From contig CAXXSR010000001.1 in the NCBI GenBank assembly GCA_963662615.2, positions 1,248,001 through 1,312,000 of the forward strand: DNA of 64,000 nucleotides. Reading direction: 5' to 3'. The notes beneath the pieces were generated by a model. The model was not told the origin of the DNA. It searched no databases and worked only from the letters and a program-made list of their open reading frames with translations. Below, piece after piece: positions 29,450 to 39,122 of the stretch (positions within the stretch are counted from its first letter, which is position 1; each line of letters begins with the position of its first letter). A program made the position numbers and the translations under genes. This DNA comes from Dehalococcoidia bacterium (GTDB lineage: Bacteria; Chloroflexota; Dehalococcoidia; Bin125).

Positions 29450-30529
29450 ATGATGAAAAATCGTGAACCAACGGGGCTGCCCCCTATCAAGGTCGTGGGG
29501 GTAGGCGGCGGAGGCTGCAACGCGGTCAACCGCATGATTGAGGAGGGCATAAACGGCGTCCACTTCTTAGCCGTCAACACGGACGCCCAACAATTGGAGC
29601 ACAGTCTGGCGCCGGAGCGGATGCGCATTGGCGACAAGGTCTCGCGCGGGCTCGGGGTCGGCGGCGACCCCCAGCTGGGCTACAAAGCCGCCGACGAGAG
29701 CCGCGACGAGCTGCTACACGCGCTCAAAGGCATGGACATGGTCTTCGTGGCGGTGGGAATGGGCGGCGGCACGGGCACCGGCGCCGCCCCAGTGGTGGCC
29801 GAGGTGGCCAAGATTGCCGGGGCGCTCGCCATTGCCGTGGCGACGAAACCGTTCGCCTTCGAGGGCAGCGTCCGGCGCGGCGTTGCGGAGGCGGGGATCG
29901 CCCGCCTGCAGGAGCACGCCGACACGGTGATCACGATCCCCAACGACCGCCTCCTCTCCTTCATTCAAGACGAAGTCTCGGTCAGGGCAGCCTTCCGAAT
30001 GGCGGACGACGTCCTCCGGCAAGGCATCTCCGGCATCTCTGACGTCATCACGGTTCCGGGAGAGGTCAACCTGGACTTCAACGACGTCAAGAAAGTGATG
30101 GGCGAAGGCGGTCAGGCCCTGATGGCCATCGGTCGCGGCCGAGGCGACAACCGCGCCGTGGACGCCGCCCAGGAGGCCATCGCCAGCCCCTTGCTGGAAA
30201 CGGACATCACCGGCGCCCGCAAAGTGCTCTTCAACGTCACGTCGTCGGGGGACCTAGGGCTCGGCGAACTGAACATGGCGGCCAAAGTCATTCAGGAGAT
30301 GATCGACCCCGACGCCGAGATCATCTTCGGCACGGCCGTAGACCCCGCGATGGAAGATGAAGTGAAGTTGACCGTCATCGCCACCGGCTTCCGTGAGGGC
30401 GCCCTCCAGCGAGAGCGCCAGACGGAGGTCGAGCGCTGGTCCACCGAGATCCTGGACGAGATCGGTCTGCCCGGCGATGACGTGGACTTGCCTGCCTTCC
30501 TGCGTAAGCGTCGCGTGACCGCGCAGTAG
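29450..30529 (+). CDS. ftsZ: Cell division protein FtsZ
   Basis: GVGGGGCNAV, GMGGGTGTG, NLDFND, C-terminal DLPAFLR. Confidence 0.98.
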   Translation: MMKNREPTGLPPIKVVGVGGGGCNAVNRMIEEGINGVHFLAVNTDAQQLEHSLAPERMRIGDKVSRGLGVGGDPQLGYKAADESRDELLHALKGMDMVFVAVGMGGGTGTGAAPVVAEVAKIAGALAIAVATKPFAFEGSVRRGVAEAGIARLQEHADTVITIPNDRLLSFIQDEVSVRAAFRMADDVLRQGISGISDVITVPGEVNLDFNDVKKVMGEGGQALMAIGRGRGDNRAVDAAQEAIASPLLETDITGARKVLFNVTSSGDLGLGELNMAAKVIQEMIDPDAEIIFGTAVDPAMEDEVKLTVIATGFREGALQRERQTEVERWSTEILDEIGLPGDDVDLPAFLRKRRVTAQ

Positions 30530-30612
30530 TACCGGCAGGAGGAGAGATCTAGAAAGGAGGGCCGGACTCGCCGAACACTTTTTGGCTCCTCATGGAGAGC
30601 TAGCACGACCAA

Positions 30613-30657
30613 GGGAGGGCGACGGGTCTGGGAGATACCGTCGCCCTTCCGCCTTTT
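30613..30657 (+). terminator. Intrinsic terminator after ftsZ
   Basis: Stem gggagggcgacgg / ccgtcgcccttcc followed by gcctttt. Confidence 0.7.
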
Positions 30658-30794
30658 CCCTACCCCACGCCCTCAAGCCGGCTGCGAGCAGGATCGCGTC
30701 ACACATCGCAATGCGGCGCGGCGTAGCGAGGCGTGCAAACGGCGACCGCTCCGTACGACGACGGCGCTCCGCCAGGCTGGACTACCATACCCCC

Positions 30795-31328
30795 ATGCGC
30801 TGCCCCCACTGTCCCGCGACGACCCGCGTGATCGACTCCCGCGCAGCGGCGGGCGCCATTCGCCGTCGCCGCAAGTGCCAGGGCTGTGGCCGTCGCTTCA
30901 CCACGTTCGAGCGCGTCGCGGAGCAGGAACCGGCCATCGTCAAACGGGACGGCCGGCGCGAGCGCTTCCAGTACGAGAAGCTGCTCAAGAGCATCCGCTT
31001 GGCCTGCGCCAAGCGCACATTCCCCGAGGAGCAGCGCACCGCCATTGCCGAGGCGGTGCGCACCCGCGCGATGCAAAGCGATCGCGCTGAGGTCAGCAGC
31101 CGCGAGATCGGCGAATGGGTGCTGGAGCGGCTGCGTCCCCTGGACCCGGTGGCGGGGTTTCGCTTCGCGGCCGTGTTTCGCCGCCCGGAGGGCACGGAGG
31201 CCCTTCGCCGTGAACTGGCGGCGGTCGAGACGGCCGTTCCCAACCCTTCCGGCGAGGCGCGTGACTCCTCACAACCGCGGCTGCCGGGGCTCGCAACCGG
31301 CGGCGACGGCCACCACCTCGCCGACTGA
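30795..31328 (+). CDS. nrdR: Transcriptional repressor NrdR
   Basis: MRCPHC, VIDSR, IRRRRKC..C.RRFTTFE, ATP cone (VKRDGRRE). Confidence 0.95.
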   Translation: MRCPHCPATTRVIDSRAAAGAIRRRRKCQGCGRRFTTFERVAEQEPAIVKRDGRRERFQYEKLLKSIRLACAKRTFPEEQRTAIAEAVRTRAMQSDRAEVSSREIGEWVLERLRPLDPVAGFRFAAVFRRPEGTEALRRELAAVETAVPNPSGEARDSSQPRLPGLATGGDGHHLAD

Positions 31329-31351
31329 GCAGCGCTTGCGGGAGATCGACC

Positions 31352-33106
31352 ATGGCCGCGCCTGATTCGATCCCACTCACGGAGGCCGGCCAACTCGTTC
31401 TGCGCCGCCGCTATCAGCAGCGGGATGATCAGCGCAACACCGTTGAGGGCCCGGAAGAGCTTTTTCGCCGCGTCGCTAGCAACGTCGCCCAAGCGGAAGC
31501 CCGCTACGGCGACGATCCGGCGGCGTTCGCGGACCGCGCCTACGGGATGATGGCGCGGCTGGAGTTTCTTCCCAACTCTCCCACCCTCATGAACGCCGGC
31601 CTGGGCATCCAGCAGCTCGCGGCCTGCTTCGTCTTGCCCGTGGACGACTCCCTGCCGGGCATCTTCGATGCGCTCAAGGTCACCGCGCTGATCCACCAGA
31701 GCGGGGGCGGCACCGGCTTCGCCTTCTCCCGCCTGCGCCCCGCCAACGACATTGTCCAATCCACGCATGGCGTGGCCAGCGGGCCCGTCTCCTTCATGCG
31801 CGTCTTCGACGCCGCCACCGACGCCATCAAGCAGGGCGGCGCTCGCCGCGGCGCCAACATGGCGATCCTCAACGTGGACCACCCTGACATCGACGGCTTC
31901 ATCCGCGCCAAGGCGAACGGCGACAGCCTCACGAACTTCAACCTGTCCGTCGCCGTCACGGATGAGTTCTTGGAAGCCGTGGACACCGGGCGCGACTACG
32001 CCCTCGTCAATCCGCGCTCCGGCCGCCAGGTCGGGACCCGTAGCGCCCGCCAGGTCTTCGACCTTATCGCCGCGGAGGCCTGGCGCAACGGCGACCCCGG
32101 CCTCGTCTTCCTGGACCGCATCAATCGCGACAATCCCACGCCCGCCCTCGGCGCTATCGAATCGACGAATCCCTGCGGCGAGCAACCCCTCCTGGCCAAC
32201 GAGTCGTGCACGCTGGGCTCCATTGACGTCTCCAAGTTCTTCGCCGACGGCGATCTGGACTGGGGCCGCTTGGGAGCGACGGTAGACACGGCCGTGCGCT
32301 TTCTGGACGACGTGATTGACCAGAACCGCTACCCCTCCGAGGAGATCGCCCGCACCACGCTGAGCACGCGCAAGATCGGCCTTGGCGTCATGGGCTTCGC
32401 AGACCTCCTCATCCTCCTGCGCGTGCCCTACGGCTCCGAGGAAGGGCTGGCCTGGGCCGAGCGCCTGATGGGGTTCCTCCAGGACCGGGCCAACGCGGCC
32501 TCCCTGGCCCTGGGCGAAGCGCGCGGTGTCTTCGCCGCCTGGACCGGCTCCGTCTTCCACCCGGGCGGGCCGCGCTACCGCAATGCCACCCGCACCACCA
32601 TCGCGCCCACCGGCACGCTCAGCATCATCGCCGGATGCTCCGGCGGCATTGAGCCGGTGTATGCGCTGGCCTACGTCCGCCAGCACTATCTAGACCGCGA
32701 CGATCCCACCCGCCTGACGGAGATCAGCGAGGTTTCCCCCCTCCTCCAACGCCAGGCCCAGGCCGAAGGCTGGTGGAGCGGGGCGCTGTTGGGGCACTTG
32801 CTGGCGGGCGGCTCCCTGCGCGACTGGGATGCCACTCCGGATTGGGCACCGGACGTCTTCGTGACCGCGTACGACATCTCCTGGGAATGGCATGTCCGTA
32901 TGCAAAGCGCCTTCCAGCGCCGCGTTGACAATGCGGTCTCGAAAACGGTTAACTTCCCGGCTGCCGCGACCAAAGATGACGTGGCGGCGGCGCTCTTGCT
33001 CGCCTGGCGTGAGGGCTGCAAGGGGATCACGGTCTATCGAGACACGTCGCGCCAGAACCAAGTCCTCTCGCGTGTGCCCATTGGCCCGGAACGCGACTGG
33101 CACTGA
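31352..33106 (+). CDS. nrdJ: Adenosylcobalamin-dependent (class II) ribonucleotide reductase, short form
   Basis: PNSPTLMNAG, LAACFV, TNPCGEQPL, ESCTLGS, RKIGLGVMG, TIAPTG, KGITVYRD; no adjacent nrdB/nrdF. Confidence 0.92.
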   Translation: MAAPDSIPLTEAGQLVLRRRYQQRDDQRNTVEGPEELFRRVASNVAQAEARYGDDPAAFADRAYGMMARLEFLPNSPTLMNAGLGIQQLAACFVLPVDDSLPGIFDALKVTALIHQSGGGTGFAFSRLRPANDIVQSTHGVASGPVSFMRVFDAATDAIKQGGARRGANMAILNVDHPDIDGFIRAKANGDSLTNFNLSVAVTDEFLEAVDTGRDYALVNPRSGRQVGTRSARQVFDLIAAEAWRNGDPGLVFLDRINRDNPTPALGAIESTNPCGEQPLLANESCTLGSIDVSKFFADGDLDWGRLGATVDTAVRFLDDVIDQNRYPSEEIARTTLSTRKIGLGVMGFADLLILLRVPYGSEEGLAWAERLMGFLQDRANAASLALGEARGVFAAWTGSVFHPGGPRYRNATRTTIAPTGTLSIIAGCSGGIEPVYALAYVRQHYLDRDDPTRLTEISEVSPLLQRQAQAEGWWSGALLGHLLAGGSLRDWDATPDWAPDVFVTAYDISWEWHVRMQSAFQRRVDNAVSKTVNFPAAATKDDVAAALLLAWREGCKGITVYRDTSRQNQVLSRVPIGPERDWH

Positions 33107-33411
33107 GACAGTGCCGGTGTAGAGCCCCGCGGCGTCGCCTGTGCATCAAGGCCGCCCTCTCCTCGCTTATGACGACGGCGCTGCCGGTGGTCTCAACCGC
33201 TCAATCGCGGCATCGACGGACGCACCAGAGAAGAACGCAAAATCATGCGCCGACGCTGCAGGCGTCTGGGGTGCGCGAATGCGCGCACCGGATCGGCATC
33301 GACTTGCGCATGACGAACGCGGCGCACGTCTTGTCGCAATGACCATCGTGCGTCGACGCATGCATGACTGCGAGCGCGGGTGCGGTGATCAGACACCCAA
33401 AAACTTTTTCT

Positions 33412-33450
33412 TGACAACATCTTGTCGCAAGTGCGAATAGGCGCTGTAAT
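33412..33450 (+). promoter_or_regulatory. NrdR-box-like palindrome overlapping putative promoter of the histone-like gene
   Basis: GACAACATCTTGTC (33413-33426) resembles acaCwAtATaTwGtg; TTGTCG (33422-33427), 17 nt, TGTAAT (33445-33450). Confidence 0.55.
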
Positions 33451-33501
33451 TAGTGCGAGCAGACTTTGTCTGCGCGGAGACGAAACCGGGGAGGACAGCA
33501 C

Positions 33502-33777
33502 ATGCCAGCAGCAAGGAAGCGCGGGGCCGGTAAGGCGGCGGCGCGCAAGACTACCGCCCGCAAGGCCGCCAAGAAGACCGCGCGCAAGACCACCGGACGC
33601 AAGGCCGCCAAGAAGACCGCGCGCAAGACTACCGCCCGCAAGGCCGCCAAGAAGACCGCGCGCAAGACTACCGCCGGCAAGGCCGCCAAGAAGACCGCGC
33701 GCAAGACCACCGGACGCAAGGCCGCCAAGAAGACCGCGCGCAAGACCGGCGCCCGCAAAGCAAGCAAGCGGCAGTAG
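33502..33777 (+). CDS. Histone H1-like Lys/Ala/Arg/Thr-rich basic protein (91 aa)
   Basis: GGGGAGG SD before ATG; sequence almost only K/A/R/T/G with no acidic residue; own downstream hairpin terminator. Confidence 0.85.
   Translation: MPAARKRGAGKAAARKTTARKAAKKTARKTTGRKAAKKTARKTTARKAAKKTARKTTAGKAAKKTARKTTGRKAAKKTARKTGARKASKRQ
33541..33758 (+). repeat. 39-bp coding tandem repeat, 5 full copies plus a partial copy
   Basis: Unit gcgcgcaagac(t/c)acc(gcc/gga)(c/g)gcaaggccgccaagaagacc = ARKTT(A/G)(R/G)KAAKKT. Confidence 0.95.
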
Positions 33778-33814
33778 TCCCGGCGCAGCGGGCGAGCAAC
33801 GAATCGGTAACCAC

Positions 33815-33846
33815 AGAAGGCCGGCTGCCGGCGCAGCCGGCCTTCT
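33815..33846 (+). terminator. Hairpin terminator after histone-like gene
   Basis: Perfect 14-bp stem AGAAGGCCGGCTGC / GCAGCCGGCCTTCT, 4-nt loop. Confidence 0.8.
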
Positions 33847-33998
33847 CACGTGCGCTTTTCCTGCCCGACCGGGCCCTCGCGCGGAGCCGACGCAGACCCT
33901 ACGATGCCCGTTGAACGTCTGCCGGCGCGGGCCTCGCCCGCTACCCCAGCACGCCGTGTCACGACAATGTCAGAAGCAGCTCCCTATACTCGAGAGCA

Positions 33999-35654
33999 AT
34001 GACCGCCATCACCGTGCAACCCGCCATCGCCACCGCACGCGCCCGTTTGCAGTCGGAGCAGGGCGCCATCGTGAAGGATTGGGGAGGGCGGCTCCCCTTC
34101 GTGCTCGTCTACCCAAATTCGTACTACATCGGCATGTCCAACTTGGGCGTGCAGACCATCTACACGCTGCTCAATAAACAACCGGATCTGGTCTGCGAAC
34201 GCGCCTTCTACGATCCCCCCCAAGATGGCGAGGCCCCTTCCGCGCCCCTCTCCGTGGAATCGCAGCGCCCCTTGGCCGATTTTCCGGTCGTCGCCTACAC
34301 GCTCACCTACGAGATCGACTACTACCACGTGGTGCAGTCGCTCCGAGCCGCGAAGATCCCGCCGCTGGCGGCCGAGCGCGACGAGCGACATCCGCTGATC
34401 CTGGGCGGCGGCGCCGCCGTCATCACCAACCCCATGCCTCTCGCCGACTGTTTCGACGCCTTCGTCATCGGCGAGGCGGAGCCCGTTCTCGATCAGCTCG
34501 TGGAGACGATCCGCGAGCATATCCACAGCGGTCGCGCCGACCTCCTCGACGCCTTGGCTCACGTGCCCGGCGTCTTCGTCCCGGCTCACGGCGCAACGGC
34601 CGGGGTGGAGCGGCAGTGGCTGCGAGACGTCGGCAGCACGGAGGCAATGTCGGCCGTCCTCACCGAGGACACAGAGCTGTCCCACATGACCCTGATTGAG
34701 GCGGCAAGGGGCTGCGGCCGCGGCTGCCGCTTCTGCATTGCCGGCTACGTCTTCCGGCCGCCACGATACCGGCCGTTGGAAATGCTGCTCGACCAAGTAG
34801 ACCGCGCGCTCAAGCAATCGAACCGGGTGGGACTCTTGGGGGCAGCCGTGGCTGATCACCCGCAGTTGGTGGAGCTTGCCCACCAGGCGGACCAGCGTGG
34901 CGCCCAGGTCTCAATCAGCTCTCTGCGGGTTGACAATCTGCAGCCGGAGCTCCTCCAGGTCCTCAGCCGCGGCGGCACCCGCACGGTCACGCTCGCCCCG
35001 GAGGCCGGCAGCGAGCGCATGCGCGCCAAGATCAATAAGGCTGTCAGCCACGACCAGATCCTCCGTGCGGCGGACCTTGTCGGGGCCGCGGGCATGCGAC
35101 GCCTCAAGCTCTACTTCCTGATCGGCCTGCCCGAAGAGGAGGACGAGGACGTCGTTGAGATGGCCAACTTGGGAATTGAGATCAAAGAGCGCCTGGACGC
35201 GCACGGCCACGGCACGGAGCTCGTGATGAGCGTCGGGCCTCTCGTGCCCAAGCCGGCGACGGCCTATCAGCACCTGCCACAGACGGATGCGCACGTGATC
35301 ACCGCTCGCACGAAGATCCTCCGCCAGGCCTTCCGCAACACGGGCATCCGCTTGCGCGGAGAGGGCGCGGCCTGGGCCCGCATTGACGACATCTGCTCCC
35401 GCTCCGACCAACGCCTCGGCCACGCCATCTTGGACATGCGCACCAACACCCGCGCCGAGTGGATGCGGGTCGCCGCCGAGTGGGGCCTGGACGGTCCTCT
35501 CCCCTGGGGCGGAGGCCCCATGCCCTGGACGAGGATCGATACCGGCATCACGGCGCGCTTCTTTGAGCGCGAGTGGGACAAGCACCTCCGCAGCAAGCCC
35601 ACGATCGCCTGCCCGCCTCCCGAGATCGGCTGCAAGCTCTGCGGCGTCTGTTAG
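33999..35654 (+). CDS. B12-binding radical SAM protein (TIGR03960-like)
   Basis: YPNSYYIGMSNLG, CERAF, RGCGRGCRFC (CxxxCxxC), TLAPEAGSERMR, KLYFLIGLP, C-terminal C..C..CGVC. Confidence 0.9.
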   Translation: MTAITVQPAIATARARLQSEQGAIVKDWGGRLPFVLVYPNSYYIGMSNLGVQTIYTLLNKQPDLVCERAFYDPPQDGEAPSAPLSVESQRPLADFPVVAYTLTYEIDYYHVVQSLRAAKIPPLAAERDERHPLILGGGAAVITNPMPLADCFDAFVIGEAEPVLDQLVETIREHIHSGRADLLDALAHVPGVFVPAHGATAGVERQWLRDVGSTEAMSAVLTEDTELSHMTLIEAARGCGRGCRFCIAGYVFRPPRYRPLEMLLDQVDRALKQSNRVGLLGAAVADHPQLVELAHQADQRGAQVSISSLRVDNLQPELLQVLSRGGTRTVTLAPEAGSERMRAKINKAVSHDQILRAADLVGAAGMRRLKLYFLIGLPEEEDEDVVEMANLGIEIKERLDAHGHGTELVMSVGPLVPKPATAYQHLPQTDAHVITARTKILRQAFRNTGIRLRGEGAAWARIDDICSRSDQRLGHAILDMRTNTRAEWMRVAAEWGLDGPLPWGGGPMPWTRIDTGITARFFEREWDKHLRSKPTIACPPPEIGCKLCGVC

Positions 35655-35671
35655 CCAGCTATCCTGGCGCT

Positions 35672-36352
35672 ATGGCTCAAGGCGGTTCGCTGACAGGCTG
35701 GGATCACGTCGGGCGAAATCTGCAGCACTTGCGCGAGCAGATCGCAGAGGCCGCCGAGCGAGCCCACCGCGATCCCGCGGAAGTCCAACTCGTGGCCGTG
35801 ACCAAGACGGTCCCCCTGGAGGGCATCCGCGCCGCCGCCGAGGCGGGCCAGACCATCTTCGGGGAGAACCGCGTCCAGGAAGCCCTGCCGAAGATCGAGG
35901 CGCTCCAGAGCGCCGGCGCCCGCTTCCACCTCGTGGGCCACTTGCAGACGAACAAGGCGAAGCGGGCGACCGCCTTTGATATGATCGAAAGTGTGGACTC
36001 CGTTCGCGTTGCCGTGGCGCTGGACCGGTATCTGAGCAAACCCTTGCGCGTCCTGCTGGAAGTGAACGTGGCGCAGGAAGCGAGCAAGCATGGCTTCGCA
36101 GCGGATGACCTCGCCGACGCGCTCGCCGTCATGGCGCCGCTGCCCCACATCAAGGTCGAGGGGCTGATGACCGTGGCGCCGCTGGTGGCGGAGCCGGAGG
36201 CCGTCCGCCCGATCTTCCGACAAATGCGGCAACTGCGAGACGAGCACGGGCTGGCCACCCTGAGCATGGGCATGACCAACGATTTTCCCGTCGCCATCGC
36301 CGAGGGGGCGACCATGGTGCGAATCGGTCGCGCCATCTTTGGAGACCGCTAG
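35672..36352 (+). CDS. yggS: PLP homeostasis protein YggS
   Basis: [40 protein letters not shown]. Confidence 0.96.
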   Translation: MAQGGSLTGWDHVGRNLQHLREQIAEAAERAHRDPAEVQLVAVTKTVPLEGIRAAAEAGQTIFGENRVQEALPKIEALQSAGARFHLVGHLQTNKAKRATAFDMIESVDSVRVAVALDRYLSKPLRVLLEVNVAQEASKHGFAADDLADALAVMAPLPHIKVEGLMTVAPLVAEPEAVRPIFRQMRQLRDEHGLATLSMGMTNDFPVAIAEGATMVRIGRAIFGDR

Positions 36353-36353
36353 C

Positions 36354-37208
36354 GTGAGCGGGGAGCAACACGCCTCAGCCACGGGCGACGACGCGGCCAC
36401 AAGCAGCCAGGTGTTCGCCATCATTGGTGGTGGCACCATGGGCGGCACCTTCGGCCGCGCCCTGCTGGACAATCAGCTCGCCGACCCAAAGACGATCACG
36501 GTCTGCGAAACCCACGCCCAGCGGCGCGCCGATCTCCAGGAGTCGCTCGGCGTACGCGTGACGGCGGGCCCGGCGGAGGCGATCGCGGGGGCGTCCGTGA
36601 TCTTTCTGGCCGTCAAGCCCCAAGACTTTCCCAGCGTCGGCGCCGCCCTCCAGGGGCTGATCCTCCCCGAGCAATTGGTGGTCTCGATCATGGCGGGGGT
36701 CCCCATCCAAAGCCTCCGCGACCAGCTCGGGCATCGGAGCGTGGTGCGGGCAATGCCAAATACGCCGGCCCAGATCGGCCAGGGGCTCACGGCCTGGACC
36801 GCGCCGCCGGAAGTGACGGAGGCGCAGCGCCGCCAGGTGCAACAGATGCTCGCCATCCTGGGCAAGGAGATCTACGTCCCGGACGAACGGCACATTGACA
36901 TGGCCACCGCGGTCAGCGGCTCCGGACCGGGCTTTTTCTTTGTGATCCTAGAAGCCATGATAGATGGGGCGGTGCAGATCGGCATGCGGCGCGAACTGGC
37001 CACGGAGATGGTGTACCAAACGGCGATCGGCTCAGCGCTGTACGCCCAGCAGTCTGGGCTGCATCCCGCCGTCCTCCGCGACATGGTGACCTCACCGGGC
37101 GGGACCACGGCGGAAGGCTTGCGGGCCATGGAGAAGCACGGCGCCCGCTCCGGGACCATGGAGGCCATCATCGCCGCCTATCGCCGCACACGGGAACTGG
37201 GTCAGTAA
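36354..37208 (+). CDS. proC: Pyrroline-5-carboxylate reductase
   Basis: IGGGTMG, LAVKPQ, RAMPNTP, AVSGSGP, VTSPGGTT. Start codon uncertain (GTG 36354 chosen). Confidence 0.95.
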   Translation: MSGEQHASATGDDAATSSQVFAIIGGGTMGGTFGRALLDNQLADPKTITVCETHAQRRADLQESLGVRVTAGPAEAIAGASVIFLAVKPQDFPSVGAALQGLILPEQLVVSIMAGVPIQSLRDQLGHRSVVRAMPNTPAQIGQGLTAWTAPPEVTEAQRRQVQQMLAILGKEIYVPDERHIDMATAVSGSGPGFFFVILEAMIDGAVQIGMRRELATEMVYQTAIGSALYAQQSGLHPAVLRDMVTSPGGTTAEGLRAMEKHGARSGTMEAIIAAYRRTRELGQ

Positions 37209-37209
37209 C

Positions 37210-37467
37210 GTGGACGGCGCCGAACTCGTTTTCCTCCTACTGGAGATCATTTGGTGGTTGATCCTTGGCCGCGTGCTGATGAGCTGGATTCCCATGTTTA
37301 CGCAGCGCCCGCTTGACTACGGCAACCCGATCGTACGTTTCCTCTTCAACATCACAGAGCCCCTTCTTGCGCCCATCCGCCGCTTCGCCCTGGTGGGCAC
37401 GTTCGACCTCTCGCCGATTATCCTGCTTATTACGATTCGCGTCGTGCAAGCGGTGCTGGTCGGCTAG
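37210..37467 (+). CDS. yggT: YggT/YlmG family membrane protein
   Basis: RVLMSW, ITEPLLAPIRR, FDLSP. Confidence 0.92.
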   Translation: MDGAELVFLLLEIIWWLILGRVLMSWIPMFTQRPLDYGNPIVRFLFNITEPLLAPIRRFALVGTFDLSPIILLITIRVVQAVLVG

Positions 37468-37793
37468 ACCGAATCCCGGTCGATGGCCGCATCGAGCCGG
37501 ACGTGCAGGTCTCCCTCGCTTAGCCCCGCAATGACGAACGTCTTGTCGCGACTCCGTTGGCCGCGCCTGAGCGTAAGAGCGGCGGCGGGAACGCCCAACG
37601 CCTGACTGAGCAGCTTGATCGCCGCCTCATTGGCCTTGCCCTCTACGGGCGCGGCGCCCACGCGAATGCGCAGCACCCTCTGCCCTCCCTGCAAGCCCTC
37701 CCGCTGACCCTCTCCTGCCTCCCAACCGACGATGGCATCGCGGCCGCCGCGCGGCGTGACGCGGACGTGCAGGATTGCGCCGGAAGCTGTCAC
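37464..37793 (-). CDS. yggU: DUF167 / YggU family protein
   Basis: VRVTPR, AAPVEGKAN, GQRSRDK. Start set at GTG 37793, 6 nt after TAGGCT (alternative 37799). Confidence 0.9.
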   Translation of the reverse strand: MTASGAILHVRVTPRGGRDAIVGWEAGEGQREGLQGGQRVLRIRVGAAPVEGKANEAAIKLLSQALGVPAAALTLRRGQRSRDKTFVIAGLSEGDLHVRLDAAIDRDSV

Positions 37794-37862
37794 GGCCACA
37801 GCCTATTGGCAACGTGACGCAGCGCCGCTCTCTCGCGACGCTGTCTCCTCCTTGCTCGAATG

Positions 37863-37900
37863 GAACACATGTGCGACAGTGCGCCTGCGAACGGTTGTTC
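37863..37900 (+). promoter_or_regulatory. Two LexA (Gram-positive/DinR-type) SOS boxes upstream of recA
   Basis: GAAC-ACAT-GTGC (37863-37874, one mismatch) and perfect GAAC-GGTT-GTTC (37889-37900). Confidence 0.85.
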
Positions 37901-37990
37901 TCATTCGCGCGACCGCTGGCCGGCCCCCCTCCTCTATGATGGGGCCGCGCGCTGAGGCGCTTGCAACAGTCGACAAGGAAAGGGCCGGCG

Positions 37991-39109
<1,119 letters not shown>

Positions 39110-39122
39110 CGCCGGTCAGCCC

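Noticed and set aside
30530-30600. Two SD-like purine runs after ftsZ suggesting a small ORF
   Set aside because: No start codon at a suitable distance, and a terminator hairpin follows.
33541-33758. 39-bp periodic repeat as a CRISPR array
   Set aside because: Units are contiguous with no unique spacers, in frame and coding; no cas genes in the window.
33450-33767. Antisense ORF of repeated VVLRAVFLAALR as a membrane protein
   Set aside because: It is the reverse-strand shadow of the Lys-rich repeat; SD, promoter and terminator all favour the plus strand.
128-33777. HDAC plus histone H1-like protein as a chromatin acetylation system
   Set aside because: They are 32 kb apart with no linkage, and bacterial HDAC-family enzymes often act on small molecules.
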